From Eledone cirrhosa (lineage: Eukaryota): DNA of 64,000 bases. The notes beneath the pieces were generated by a model. That model saw only the letters and a list, made by a program, of their open reading frames with translations. It did no database searches and was not told where the DNA came from. The translations under genes were made by a program, and so were the position numbers. Positions 18,310-33,566 of the stretch are shown here, in pieces (within the stretch, counting starts at the first letter, position 1; each line of letters begins with the position of its first letter). Location: the NCBI GenBank assembly GCA_964016885.1, contig OZ024741.1, positions 158,162,001-158,226,000 on the forward strand, in the 5' to 3' direction.

Positions 18310-18920
18310 CACATGTTGGCTGCCAACTCGTTTTCGAGTACGGCCACTACTTTATATCCATGTAGGAGAACCCCTACCGATGCGCTGAACGAGTGTGACT
18401 TTTTAGTCCAGCCAGCGACTTGAAAACTCTGGTACAAACACTACACTTGTGACAATTACTGACACATAGTGCTGGGCCCATGGTACCATGAGATGACAAG
18501 TGCAGAGAGATCTCCAGATATAAAGCAATGCCTGTGCCGTGAAGCTTTTATAGTGAGCAAAGGCTCTGCACAAAGCCAGTCCCACTCTCTTAACCAAGAT
18601 GATATTTACCAAAAAGAAGAACAAGTCAACATCATTGGATACCATCAGGGTTGCAGGTGTTGTATCAGAGTTTTCCTTCTCCTAGAATTCTGCCTTGACA
18701 AAGGCTAAGGGGTCATCTCTCCCGGTGATTTTGGATGGCCATTGACTTTTAAGAGCTCCTTTGCCCTTTGACAGGTTTTGTTTTTGGTCCTGCAGGATGT
18801 CCAAAGTCACCCTCCTCACCAAGAAACCTTGGTGGGGTTGCCAGTTTAGTCGCCAACGACCTGACCATGAGACAGGTTGTACTGGAATACATGTTACCAG
18901 TAGCACCAACTGGTGACCTG
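18310..18920 (+). mobile_element. Probable RTE-type LINE 5'UTR fragment
   Basis: GC-richer island; GAGTTTTCCTTCTCCTAG..TGCC..AAGGCT and CCAGTTTAGTCGCC motifs recalled from RTE/BovB-like 5'UTRs (from memory, not verified). Confidence 0.4.
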
Positions 18921-19521
18921 TATACACATACATACATGTATACACACACACATATACAACCATTTTTTATAAACCATGTTGAATATCATGATAGTAACAC
19001 TATAGTTCCAAAAATCGATAACCTAATTAACAAATATTTCTGTATAATTATCATTTTTAATATTGTTCAGTAATGCACTGGGGTCGATTTAATCAACTTC
19101 CCCTCTCCTTAAAATTGCTGGCCTTGTTATTATTATTATCATCATCATCATCATTGTTGTTGTAGTTATTGAGGTAGTGCTTTGGCAGAATTGTTAAAGC
19201 ATCAGAGAAATTGCCTTACATAATTTATTAGTAGTACTAACATAGTGTGATCCAGAATAATAGTGTATATAGACCTATATGTAATATATTTATATATAAT
19301 AAACATACATTCTATCTCACTATGACTAAAAGTATGTTATACATAAATATAATATATATGGGTGTCCAAATATGTCCTTATTCTGCATCATGCTGTATTA
19401 GTGCTATCACTAATTAATACTGGCCAGTCAAGCTTGCACTATATTTAAACAGGCCTTCAACAAGAATGGTTAATTTACAAAGATTCTCAGACCATAATAA
19501 TATTTGCACCTCTCAAAGAAA

Positions 19522-19978
19522 ATGACACAGGATCGAAATCTTTGGCGTTATGCAGTAATACAGAAGACCCCCGCCTTACCATTCACACGGACTCAAACAT
19601 ACATCTAGGAGGCACATCTTATCCACTTAACCACTATACACTCTTCCACCCTCCAACTTCTGTCCACACCACCCTTACACTGTAAAGTTATGTTGGTATC
19701 ATAAAAAAACATCCAGCCACACTATAAAGTGGTCGTCTAGGTGTCACGACAAAAAGCACCCAACCCACACTGTGAGGTGGTCATGTTGGAGTCACAACAA
19801 AAAGCATCCAGCACACAGTGTAAATGTGGTTGTTGTTAGGAAGGGGATTCAGCCTAAGAAATCTAGCCAGAAACAGTCCAATATGAGCAAGACACCTTTA
19901 CCTGACCCAACTTGCCTCTAATGGGACAATCCATCTAACCCATGCTAATGGGGAAAATGGATGTTAAATGATGATGAG
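19522..19978 (+). mobile_element. Older RTE 3' end
   Basis: Diverged match to 17280-17835 (DRNLWRYAV, 3'UTR, GAT tail). Confidence 0.85.
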
Positions 19979-21814
19979 GATTTCTATCTGTAACTCTTTA
20001 AAATCCACACAAACTTATACAATGTTGTACAGACATGTACAATAAATTCACTTTCCAATCACAAATTCACTATAAATAGTTATTTCTTTAAAGTTACTCT
20101 TTCATTTAATCCTGGATGTTATTTGTACATACATGCTGAATATTTATGGAATTATATCCTAGAAATAAATTATCAAAATATTATTTTAATATCTTTAATA
20201 ACTTTACATATCAGTAATCAACAGAAACTAAAGGATTGCTCTTTATATAAACCATGAATTTATCAAAATACAAATTTCCAAATTTGTATGGATTGTTATT
20301 ATGCTTTATATAACATGCCAATCCTGGGCTCCAAAAATTAAATAGAGTCAATGCTGTTGCCATCATTATTAATGGAATAGGTCTACTACTGAGTAATAAC
20401 ATGTATACAGTACTCTTACTGTGATAAGATCTCAATTTAACCCTTTCAATACCAACCCACCTGAAACTGCCCCTGGTTCTATGTATGATATAGAACTGTT
20501 TATTTTAACCCTTTAGCATTCACATTACTCTATATATACTATTATATTTTTACAGCAAAAGTTTTATCTCACATAATATCTCATATAATATCGAACTATG
20601 AGATTTTGATATTATTTATTTTGAGAACAATACCTTAACTTAAGTATGAGTGGCCAGTTACAACCGGTTTGAACAGAAAGAGGTGAGAGAATTCTGGCCA
20701 GATACAGCCAGTTTAAATGCTACATCATTGTTCAGTGTTCATTTTTCCATGCTAGCATGGGTTAGACAGGTTTCCCATTTGAGGCACGTTGGGTCATATG
20801 ACCGTGCCTTGCTCACACAGAACAGAACTGTTTCTGGCTTGGTTTCTATGGCTGGATGTCCTTCCTAATGCCAACCACATTTACTGTGTGGGCTTTCTGT
20901 TGTGACACCTACATGACCACTTTACAGTGTGGGCTGGGTGCTTTTTTATCTAAAAATGTTCCACCATAATTTTATGTAAGAACCTTGTTAAGTTATGTCA
21001 CAGACACCAACTTAATGATAATGTGAACGTTAGTTATAGTACTAAATCCCTCCAAATTCTTGATTATTTTCAAATGAATTCCAGTAATACTTGAGAACAT
21101 ATTCATATAAGTAGTAGCAAGTTTTGGAAGTGGAAAGTCCTAGTAATTTCAATTCAACAGTGTTAGCTGAGGAAATCTGGACTGCTGTTTCTAGCTAGTC
21201 GAGTGTCCACTACCACTCCCTTCCTTCATAGAACATCGCCTGTAAAACTAGAGAGAATCTCTTGATGTAAGTACTGGAAAATCCTGGTAACTTCAATACA
21301 AGAGGTTAAGTTGAGAGAATTTGAGCTGCTATTTCTAGCAGGTAATGTGACCACTACCACCTCCTTCCCTAAAACAACACCCAGTAATATTAAAAAGATG
21401 TGTTGATGTAAGTAGTAGAAAGTCCTGATAATTTCAATACCCTTGTTTTCCCTTGTTTCACATTCCAAAAATATAATGCAATTTTACATGGAAATAATCT
21501 CACCAACATCCTGTTCCATCTCACTTCAGAGAATTTGGTGGGGGGGTTTTCCAGAACTCCGTTGCTGCTTTGTTGATTTTTCTCTTTCTTTTTCTAAATT
21601 AATATTATTGTTGTTGTTGTTGTTATCATCATTTGGTTTTCTAATGATATGCTATTATTCTAATTTGTCACGCAATTAAGTAGCTAGCTGTATGAGAAGT
21701 GTTTATGCGTGTGTGTACATATTAAGTGGTGCGTGTTTTGTAGAAGTGGTTGTGGTGACGTGTGTGCATGTGAGTTTATGTAATAAAAGCATCAATGAAA
21801 TAACCTTTTTCTAA

Positions 21815-22392
21815 TTATAAGAAGGATCCATAGAAGTAGTTGATAGCTTCTGCTACCTAGTTGATCTAATTTAGTGGTGGCGGAGGTTGCACTGAGACCA
21901 TAGTAGTTAAGATAAGAACAAGATGCAAAAAGTTCAGGGAGCTACTACATCTGTTGACAAAAAAGTTTTCTCTCTATGAAAGGAAGAGCCTACTGTATGA
22001 TACTTGTGTAAAGAGTGTGATGTTGTATGGTAGTGAGATATGGGCAGTGAATGCAAAGGATATGTGAAGGCTAGAGAAAAATGAAGTGAGCATGATTCAA
22101 TGCAAGGCATAGATGAGCTGTGAGTAAAGGCTGCACTGTTTTGGTCACTTGATGCATATGTATGATGATCTTTGGGTGAAGAAATAGCAAGAAATCCCAG
22201 TGGCAGGAGCTTCAGTAAAGGGAGGCCAAGGAAGACCCTAACAGAAGTTGTGAGAGCTGATCTCAAATCACTGAATCTTAGAGGAGATGTCCAAGAAGTG
22301 GAAAGATACTGTGCTGGAAAAGACCCATCCAACTCATGCTAGCAAAGAAAAATGGACATATAAAGATGATGATGATGATGATGATGAGGATG
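21815..22392 (+). mobile_element. Degraded RTE RT C-terminus and tail
   Basis: IEVVDSFCYL, YGSEIWA, GRPRKT remnants; (GAT)n tail. Confidence 0.8.
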
Positions 22393-23654
22393 ATATATGA
22401 GTGTGTAGAGAATGGGGAAAATGTTAATGATGTAATGAGACAATAAAGAGGAGGTTGAGAGGGGGATAGATACAATGGGGAAAAATCATGTTTGTTTTCC
22501 CCAAATCATGTTTGTTTTTAAGTAGAGCGTGATGTAGTGGAAAGAAATATCTGAAAAAAGATGGAAATTTTCCTGCATTGAACCAATCAAATACAAAGTA
22601 TAATGGCTGTGGATATGTGCTTTCCTAAATTGACAGCTACATACTTACATACATATATATATATGTGTGTGTGTGTGTGTATGTATGTATATATATATAT
22701 AAAGTCTGTATGTGTCTATAAATAAATGTGTATGTGTATATAAATATATATGTATGTGTATGTGAATATATATGTGTATGTGTGTGTATGATGATGATGA
22801 TGATGATATAATGTTCATACATGGAAATATGGTGATAATATCCTGTTTCCTATGGAACACTGGTGGTAATAGTGTGGAGCACGGGGGAATACACTAAATT
22901 TTCTCTTCACAGTCTTTACTCTCCCACCCAATCCACTTGATAACAACAAAGTAAATAAATTTAGGATGAAATAACAGTACTTCAGAATCCTGTTCACAAA
23001 TTGTGATAGCATTTGTGAAATATTTTTTCTTTATTTGTTTGTTGTTGTTTTTTTTCCTTTTGTTTTATGTGTTTCTATATATATATATTTTAGTTGGATA
23101 TATATTTTTGGTTTTGTTTTTTTTTCAATGGGTCTTGTGACGAAACAGTTCCGTTTTGGTTTTGATAGTAAAGTTGTTGAATTTCAATTTAATTCAGTTT
23201 AGTATTAGCGTGTCAGCTTCTTCAGGACGGATTATTGTCTCTCTGTTGCCATGTCTCTTTGCAGAATGGTCAGTCCTTTATAAGTGGCACCATTGGCAAA
23301 GAGCATTTTATAATATTTGATCTCGTGTTTATTTTAGTTTTGCTATCACAAATCTTGGGTATATTTACTTTTAAACCATTTTATTATGAAGATTCATATC
23401 ACAAGAAAGGTAATGAAAAATATATTTTATTTAATTCCATATTTTTGTTAGGTGCCATTTTATTTATTTTTTTATTTTTTTTATATTACTTTAACATTTT
23501 GTTTATTTAAAAAAAAATTTTTGGTCGAAATATTTTGACTGTTTATAATTAGGCACTAAACAGCCAAAATATATGATAAACATATTTGCATGCTTTGTCT
23601 CCTATATATCTTCCAACTTTTCTCTCTCCCAAACATCTTCTCTTTTTCATTCTA

Positions 23655-23740
23655 ACCTCTGATGAAGGATTAGCATCTGAAATGTAAATACTCTTTTCCT
23701 TCTATATCAAGTGTGAAACTAATATATCATATTTGTATTG
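23655..23740 (+). mobile_element. Degenerate hammerhead-bearing repeat (same family as 41430)
   Basis: CTGATGA AGGATTAGCATCT GAAA; downstream sequence is similar to 41480-41520. Confidence 0.55.
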
Positions 23741-24751
23741 TATTGTTCTCTTATGTTATTTTACCTTGTGATCATGAGTTCAACACCTTGATATAGTAGG
23801 AAAAGTCTTCATGTTCATATATATATATACATACACACACATACACATTCACACAATGTTAGTTAAACCTGTTTTTAATTCTTTAGAACCAGTTGTTGTA
23901 CTTAACTCTTGTATTAGAAGATTCCATGAGCCATTTTTCTATTTGATAATCTTTGTAAAATGACAGTTCTTCCTTTTGAAGAGTCACAATTGCTGAAGAA
24001 TTTCTTGTCTGATGTTCAAATTTATATTAAAACCTTCAACATAATTTTATATATAGACTTTTTAAGTTATACTAAAAAGTATCAGCTTATTTTAGGCACA
24101 AGACCAGCAATTTGATGGAAGGGGAAAGTCACTTAAATTGACTCCAATATTTGTATGGTAATTTTGACCCTGGAAGGATAAAAATCAAAGTTTACCTCAG
24201 CAGAATTTGAATTCAGAATATAAAGAGTTGGAATAATGCCACAAAACATTTTGCCCAATGCTCTTACAAGTCTGCAAATTCACCACCTTTATCAATTAAT
24301 GAAAAAAACTAATTATTATATTAAATTCTTCCAAATTGTTTATTGTTTTCAAAATTAATTGAAGCACATGGATGGTATTTACCATTTGAAATATGGTGAC
24401 GAAAAGGTTGACTATGGTGATTCATTTTTGGCAAAATTTAGTATATTTTGTGAAATTCTACTTTTAAAAACATCTTTATTTGGTTTTTGTTGTTACATTT
24501 TCAAAACAGACTTAGAATACAATCAGGAATACAAGTAGCTCAAATGGAGCTACACCAAAGGGTAGATAGTGTGACTCCTTAATCTCTGAACTGTGTATTA
24601 TAGATCTGCTACTTCTCTGCATCAAGATGATCACAGCCAAGGTTTTCATTGATCTTCCTTTACCACAGCTACTACCTTCTTTTGGAATTCTTTGGTACTT
24701 CTTTCCCCATATATAAATATATGCTCTAACCACTAAGCCATGTGCCTCTCT

Positions 24752-24921
24752 CATATATATATATATATATGAATGTATGTATGTACATACGTATGTATTT
24801 ATGTATGTATGTATGTATGTATGTATGTATGTATGTATGTATGTATGTATGTATGTATGTATGTATGTATGTATGTATGTATGTATGTATGTATGTATGT
24901 ATATGTATGTATGTATGTATG

Positions 24922-24964
<43 letters not shown>

Positions 24965-25395
24965 GTGTATATATATATATATGTATGTATGTATATATGT
25001 ATGTATGTATGTATATATATATATGTATGTATATATATATGTATGTATATATATATGTATGTATATATATATATGTATGTATATATGTATGTATATATAT
25101 ATGTATATATATATGTATATATATATGTATGTATATATGTATGTATATATATATGTATGTATGTATATATATATGTATATATATATGTATATGTATATAT
25201 ATATGTATGTATATATATATGTATATATATATATATATATGTATATATATGTATATATATATGTATGTATATATATATGTATGTATATATATATGTATGT
25301 ATATATATATGTATGTATATATATATGTATATATATATATATATGTATATATATGTATATATATATGTATGTATATATATATGTATATATGTATA

Positions 25396-25455
<60 letters not shown>

Positions 25456-25690
25456 GTATGTATATATATATGTATATATATATGTATGTATATATATATG
25501 TATATATATATGTATGTATATATATATGTATATATATATGTATGTATATATATATGTATATATATATGTATGTATATATATATGTATATATATATATATG
25601 TATGTATATATATATGTATATATATGTATGTATATATATATGTATGTATATATATATATGTATGTATATATATATGTATGTATATATATG

Positions 25691-25749
<59 letters not shown>

Positions 25750-25946
25750 ATATGTATATATATATATATGTATGTATATATATATGTATATATATATATA
25801 TGTATGTATATATATATGTATGTATATATATATGTATGTATATATATATGTATGTATGTATATATATATGTATGTATATATATATGTATGTATGTATATA
25901 TATATGTATGTATATATATATGTATGTATATATATATATATGTATG

Positions 25947-25977
<31 letters not shown>

Positions 25978-26428
25978 ATGTATATATATATATGTATGTA
26001 TATGTATGTATATGTATATATATGTATGTATGTATATATATATATATGTATATATATATATGTATGTATATATATATATATGTATGTATATATATATATG
26101 TATGTATGTATATATATATATATATATGTATGTATATATATATATATGTATGTATATATATATATATGTATGTATATATATATATATGTATGTATATATA
26201 TATATATGTATGTATATATATATATATGTATGTATATATATATATATGTATGTATATATATATGTATGTATATATATATATATGTATGTATATATATATG
26301 TATGTATATATATATATATGTATGTATATATATATGTATGTATGTATATATATATATATGTATGTATATATATATGTATGTATGTATATATATATATATG
26401 TATGTATATATATATATATGTATGTATG

Positions 26429-26466
<38 letters not shown>

Positions 26467-26505
26467 TGTATGTATATATATGTATATATATATATATGTA
26501 TGTAT
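24752..26505. repeat. (TATG)/(TA)n array
   Basis: Direct inspection. Confidence 0.99.
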
Positions 26506-27970
26506 ATCATCATCATCATAAACGTTTAACGTCCGTGTTCCACGCTTGCATGGGTTTGGACAGGGGTTTTCCCACTTGAGGCAAGAGTGATTATCTTGCT
26601 CGCATAGGTCTATCTGGCGGGTTTTCTACAGCTGGATGCCCTTCCTAACACCAACCACATTTACAGTGTGGGGCTGGGAGGTTTTTACTGTGTTGCCTAC
26701 ACGGCCACATTACAGCGTGAACTGTGTGTTTTTTTGTCGTGACACCTACACGATCTCATTTGTTTCGGCCTGGATGTTGTGGCACCAACATAACTTCACA
26801 TTGAAAGGGGCGGTGTGGATGGGATGGGGGTGGTGGGACGGGGGTGTATTTTGTTAGAGATGCCTACTGACTGTAGTAGGTTTTACTTTGTATTTAGGTA
26901 AGGCGGGTCTTCTCTATTACTGAGTACCGCCAAAGGTCTCGGTCCAGTGACATTGTCTTGGAGAAGTGTAAGTGTGTGAGGTCGGAATTTATCAGCTCGT
27001 CCCAGGTTTTTCTGGGTCTGCCTATTCCGTGGCTACCGTCTATCTTTATTGCCCTGCACTTTGTTATACAGTTATCGTCTTTCATGCGCATCACGTGACC
27101 ATACCAACGTAGCCTTCTCTCGAGTAAACATCTGATCCCTCTTATTTCTAATTTTTTCCTTAGTTCGTTTATGCTTTGCCGTTCACGTATATTACTATTA
27201 CACATCCAGTGGAGCATGCAAGCTTTGTTCCTCTCTAGTCTGCGTATATCCTCTGCACACAATGCCCAGGTCTCACTGCCATGCAACATTGCTGTTCGTA
27301 TGCAGGCATCATACAACCTGCCTTTCATTTTTAGGGAGAACCCTTTAGCGGCTAATAGTGGTATAAGCTCTCTGAACTTTTTCCATCCAGTTCTGACTCT
27401 AGCTACTGTACTTTCAGAGCACCCTCCCCCACTGCTGATTTTGTCACCCAGGTAACGGAAGCTGTCCACTATTTCTATAGAGCCCTCTGCGCAGTTGAAA
27501 GAGCTAGTAATTGTGGGCACTTGCTGCTACTTATTGCACCAGAGCACCGGCCACATGTAAAATCTATGTTCTTAGTTAGCTTACCTGTGATCCCACTACA
27601 TCTTTTATGCACCCATACTTTGCATTTGGGACACAAAATGGAGTTTCTACCTACGCCTTTCCTACACACTGAGCATGGCCATTTCCCGGAAGGGGCCGGC
27701 GCCTTATTTCCTTTCTTACAAACTAGAACTTTAGTCTTAGCCAGGTTAATTTTAAGGCCTTTTGATTCTAGGCCGTGCTTCCATGTTTGGAATTTCTTCT
27801 CTAGCTCGGCCATTGATTCAGCTATGAGTGTTAGGTCATCTGCCTATAGGAGTTCCCATGGGCAACCGGTCTTGAACTCCACTGTTATAGCCTGAAGGGC
27901 AATAATAAATAGTAGGGGGCTAAGAACAGAGCCCTGATGGACGCCAACTTTTACGCTAAACTCTTCACTA
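26506..27970 (-). mobile_element. RTE-clade LINE, 5'-truncated, same family
   Basis: ORFs 26894-27520 and 27475-27813 are nearly identical to 16709-17338 and 16416-16754. Confidence 0.97.
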
Positions 27971-27981
27971 TATATGTATAT

Positions 27982-28033
<52 letters not shown>

Positions 28034-28238
28034 GTATGTATATATATATGTATATATGTATGTATATATATATGTATGTATATATGTATATATGTATGTA
28101 TATATATATGTATGTATATATATATATATATGTATGTATATATGTATGTATATATGTATGTATATATGTATGTATGTATATATGTATGTATGTATATATG
28201 TATGTATATATATGTATATATATATGTATATATGTATG

Positions 28239-28278
<40 letters not shown>

Positions 28279-28352
28279 TGTATATATATGTATGTATATA
28301 TATATGTATGTATATATATATGTATGTATATATATATGTATATATATGTATG

Positions 28353-28420
<68 letters not shown>

Positions 28421-28445
28421 TATATGTGTATATATGTATGTATTA

Positions 28446-28481
<36 letters not shown>

Positions 28482-28588
28482 AACACACATATATCCATAT
28501 GTGTGTTTGTATATATATGTGTGTGTATATATACATGTGTATGTATTTATCTATATGTATGTGTGTGTATATATATATATATATATAT
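27971..28588. repeat. (TATG)/(TA)n array
   Basis: Direct inspection. Confidence 0.99.
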
Positions 28589-28796
28589 TAAAAAATACAT
28601 AGCCACACATGACTGTCCAGCTGCACCAAAATGTATGACAGTCCTATTAGAGTAATTTCTCAGGAACTAACTACTTCAGTTCAAAGTATCAAGTATTTTT
28701 TGGAACTTCCTTGTCTATAAATGGATACAAAAAACTAAAAGTTGTACGTATGTGTCTGTGTGTATATATATATACACACACACACACATACGAACA

Positions 28797-28848
<52 letters not shown>

Positions 28849-29889
28849 TGTTCATATGTATGTGTGTGTGTGTATATATATATATATACACACACACACA
28901 CATGTTCGTATGTGTGTGTGTATATATATATATATACACATACACACACATTGTGTGTTCGTATGTGTGTGTGTATATATATATATGTATACACATACAC
29001 ACACATTGTGTGTGCACCATATTACTGACCACAGTGTCAAGAATTGTTGATTGGTATAAACTCTATTCCTGCTGAGTTAATTTCCTTTATACAAAATTTT
29101 ACTTTTTCCCTGTTCCTGTTTTGGGCATTCTATGGAATTTCTCTCATCATCATCAATTAATGTCTATCTTCCATGCTAGCATGGGTTAGACGGGTTTGTC
29201 CCATTTAGCAGTAAGTTGGGTCGGGTGACCATGTCTCGCTCATATAGGCGTGTTTCTGGCTGGTTTTCTATGGCTGGATGCCCTTCCCAGTCTTTTACAA
29301 ACTTCAGATATACAGTTACCTTAACCCTTTTAATACCCACCTGGCCAAAACCAGCTGTGGTTCTGTGAAACAAACCCTCTCATTTTAAGGGGTTCCTCTT
29401 CAATTGAAATTCTTCCAACATAATTGTATATGAGAATCATATCTTAAGTTACTTTCATAGCAATGAAATAGTTAATAATCTTAGAAAATCCATCAAAATT
29501 CTTCATTAGTTAATTATTTCATTAGAAATATTCATGAAAGGATTAACCTTTTATCCCAGCATCAGTATAAGTACTGGACTTAAAAACATATTTCCTGGAG
29601 TCTGCCCCAGTATGGCTGCTGTCTAATGATTGAAACCTGTAAAATAACTGTATTTGAGAAAAAAGAGGCATTGTACAGTCTCCAGAAGGGGTGACTGGTT
29701 GGTCCCTCCCAGAGCAGACAAATGGAACTATTTCATTGCGATTAGTGTAATGAACATCAACTGTCTGATGTAAATATAGCAGTGTGTGTGTGTGTACACA
29801 CACACACACACACACACATATATGTATATAATCATCATCATCATCCTTATTTTACATGTTTTCCATGCTGACATGTGTTGGACATTTAT

Positions 29890-29928
<39 letters not shown>

Positions 29929-30254
29929 ACTGTGTGCATGTGCAGACATACACACACACAATTATCTTCATCATCCTTATTATTTTGCTGTCTGCTTTTA
30001 TGCTGGTATAAGTTGGACATATGTAGTCACTGCAGAGTAATTTAGAAACTCCCAAATGCAACAACTATAGTCTGATGGTGTCTATCACCTACATGCCTGT
30101 AATTGGAGTGGGTTGGTTAGTTTGTCTAAGAAAGCTGGAGTAATTTTTTTGGTGGGGTGGCTGATGCAGTGTGATTTGTGGGGTAGGATTGATTGAAAGA
30201 TTCTGATTTGCTTTTGCTTAGGTTCACAATTGGCATGGATTTGGTTTGGGTCTT

Positions 30255-30293
<39 letters not shown>

Positions 30294-30959
30294 AAGTGTG
30301 TATAGCAATGTATGAGTGAGTGCGAGTATGTATGTTTGCCTGTGTCTATCAGTTGCCTGTCTAAAAGAGAGAACTCACCAAGCATGTAAGAGAGCTTGAA
30401 ACTGTGGCCTTGATATCTCCAACAACCCCCACTACCACCACCATTTTCTGTTTACCATTGGCTGAACCTGCTGACCAATCAGTGCATGTGTTGTTTCATC
30501 CTGGGCACAGCAGTACCATACCACACCTGCATATCACTTGACCAATTGGTATGTTGTGTTGCTCTGTACACTGCATGTGGTGGTGGAGGAGGTGGTAGTG
30601 TAGTAGGAGGGGGTGGTTGGAGTGGTGGTGGTGGTTGTAGTAGGAGGGGGTGGTTGGAGTGGTGGTGGTGGTTGTAGTAGGAGGGGGTGGTTGGAGTGGT
30701 GGTGGTGGTGGTTGTAGTAGTAGTAGTAGTAATTGCTGTAATCACATATATTGGAGTTGATGTAGAGGAGGAAGGAGGCTGGTAATTAACAGTAAGTAAA
30801 TTTCCTGTCTGCACCTAACCCCCCCCCCCCCCCCTCACACAAATAAAACTATCCTGTAGACAACATATTTAACACCACCACCACCACCCACCATCACTGC
30901 CACCTCTTCCCAACAATCGCCATCACTACTACCACCACCATCACTAAACCACCACCAGT

Positions 30960-31119
30960 AGATTCTCTAGTATAGGGTATCCCATTCCCCCAAAAATACT
31001 GTGGCTTTTAATTAAATTTATTTCAAATTTATGATATATATATATATAAAATTTGAAATAAATTTTATTAAAAGCCAGAGTATTTTTGGGGGAACGGGAT
31101 ACCCTATACTAGAGAATCT
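30960..31119. repeat. ~160-bp near-perfect palindrome with (TA)n centre
   Basis: AGATTCTCTAGTATAGGGTATCCC...AAATTT / AAATTT...GGGATACCCTATACTAGAGAATCT. Confidence 0.95.
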
Positions 31120-33424
31120 CTCTCTCTCTCTCTCTTGTCCACCCTGTAAGGTATTTGGCAGTATAAGGGCAACCAGTAATTGAAAACCAAGCCCCGAACA
31201 AAGCATATAAGCAGGATGTGGTTACCTGACCTGTGGTAGCTCTTTTGAACCCATACAAACATGGAAAATAGACAAATGGTCATATATATATATATATATA
31301 TATGGTCTCATTCAGTCATTAACTGTGACCAAGCTGAACTACAGCCATCCAGAGTTACGTGAAATAAGGTCATTTTAAAAAATAATCTTTAATAAAAAAT
31401 TTGTTATATTATATATGAATAATTCTCCTTGAAACAATTTTTGTTTCATTTAATTTGTATTCATATGAGGGAGGTTTGGGGGATTGTTTTTAAAATATAT
31501 GTATGGATAACATTCCCTCTAATTTTCCCAATCACCAAGAGGAATATTTGATGCTTTGAGCAAAAATATTTTAAATTCAAAGCTACTGAGCAGTAACATC
31601 TGTGTGGCACAAATACAGCTACTGAGCATCAACATTCATTTTGATGTATGCAGCACCAATACAACAGCCCAGCAACATTTTAAGACTATTGGGTAACAAC
31701 ATTTTAAAGCTACTGAGTAGCAACATTTAGAAGCTATTGTGACCATATGTAAGAGACATAACAAACTCCTTGCTTGTCTGGAAGGTCAATAGCTTTGCTT
31801 CAGTATTAACTTGGTCTATGTAGACTTCTCTAACCATTGCTAGCAGGTAAAGCAGATGTTAAAGCAACAAAGACAATGATCATGAGTAACAACATTCTGA
31901 AGCTACTGAACAGCAGCAACATTTCAAAGATACTCTGCAGCAACATAATAAAGAACTATACCAGTATGCAGTACTTATTTACAGCTAGGTGGACTGAGTT
32001 GTTGACAGTTAAATGTCTTGATCATGGACACAGTACAGAGGACTCTACCACAGTTTGGCACCTACATACAGCTAGGTAGACTGAGTGTGGAAACTGTGCC
32101 AGTATATGAACCACTGAAGCCCTGTGCTAGTTAAGTTATGAGGCCCCTTACTCGTAATAAATTCATTATAAAACATTTTTTGGCAGGAAGATGGGGCGCC
32201 CTGGCCAACGGGGTCCCTATGAATAAGCGCAGCTAAGCACAATGGTAAACCCTGACAATACCTCTACCTCTTACACCCAGTCTCCTGTGTTCACCTTCCT
32301 TTACTGTGTGTATGGCATTAATTCCTACACCTTGTGTGTATTCAATCCCCATACAATTACATTGTGTGTGTTTTTAATCACTGCACCTTACAATGTATAT
32401 GTGTGTGTTATTCCTACACCTAGGTGGTATCTTCTGTAATTTAACCCCCCCCCCCCCCTCTTATTCTTACATCCTCCTCTCCCTCTCCTCCTTCAGATTT
32501 CCTCAATTTTTTGTTATTTTCTTTTTGTATGTGTTGTTTATTATTTTACTTCTCTCTTTTCCTCTCTCTCTATCTCTCTCTCTCTGCCTATGTCTTTCTC
32601 TCTCTCTTGCAATTTCTCCTCACCCCACTGCAGTTACCACTTGTTTCTTCCCCTCTCTTTCTCCCTCACACTCTCATCTCACTCCTCCTCTTTACCTTTC
32701 ACCTTCCCCACTTCAGTTTCTCACCTTGTCCACCCCCACCCCCACTATATCTGCTACAAGCATCTCTTTTAAGAAAGAGCTTGAGCTGTGGGGTAGCACT
32801 AGTTGTTTAGTCTCCCTCCTCTTGATATTAATTGCTTAGAGTGAGAAAGAGACTGATTAACAGTCTGTTTTTTATGATTACTTGCTATTCAGTAATCATC
32901 CCTCTCTCTGTATATATATATAATTGTTTCTACTTTTGGCACAAGGCCAGCAATTAACCCAGTGTATTACTGGTAGTTTATTTTATCGATGAAAGACAAA
33001 GTTAACCTCAGCAAGATATGAACTCAGACTGTAAAGGGACGTAACTCCATTCTGGAAAGCATGGCGTCTGACCCTCTCCCGATACTTCCAATTGCTCTAG
33101 ATAATGTCTATTGAGCTTGTTTATTGAGAAGCACATAATTCTAACACATTTAATGTTACATTTGTGTGTATATATATATACACATATTAGATATGTGTAT
33201 ATATTTGTACATGTTGGTGCAGTCTCGGTTACACATCATCATCATCATCATTTTACGTCCGCTTTTCCCTGCTTGCAAGGGTGGGACGGGAACTGATTCT
33301 GGCTTGATTTCTACAGCTGGATGCCCTTCCTAACACAACCTCATTTACAGTGTGGGCTGGGTGCTTTTTCGCTGTGGCACCTCCACGACCACTTTGCAGT
33401 GGAATGATAGGGACCCCAGTCCTA

Positions 33425-33566
33425 TCATCTCATTTCTACAGCTGAGTAAACTGGAGCAATGTGAAATAAAGTGTCTTGCTCAAGGAAACAACACAACACG
33501 GTCTGAGAATTGAACTCACACCTTTCGATTGCAAGGCCAATGCTCTAACCACTAAGCCATGTGCCT
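33425..33566 (-). mobile_element. Second tRNA-derived SINE family
   Basis: GGCACATGGCTTAGTGGTTAGAGCA A-box, GAGTTCAATT B-box, CCTTGAGCAAGACACTT core; copy at ~50340-50472; head only at ~24722-24746. Confidence 0.75.

Noticed and set aside
22850-23420. Possible PLE ORF remnant on the minus strand
   Set aside because: Only a few suggestive residues, many stops; unsupported.
33480-33566. tRNA-like A/B boxes as tRNA genes
   Set aside because: They continue into SINE cores, with no full cloverleaf.
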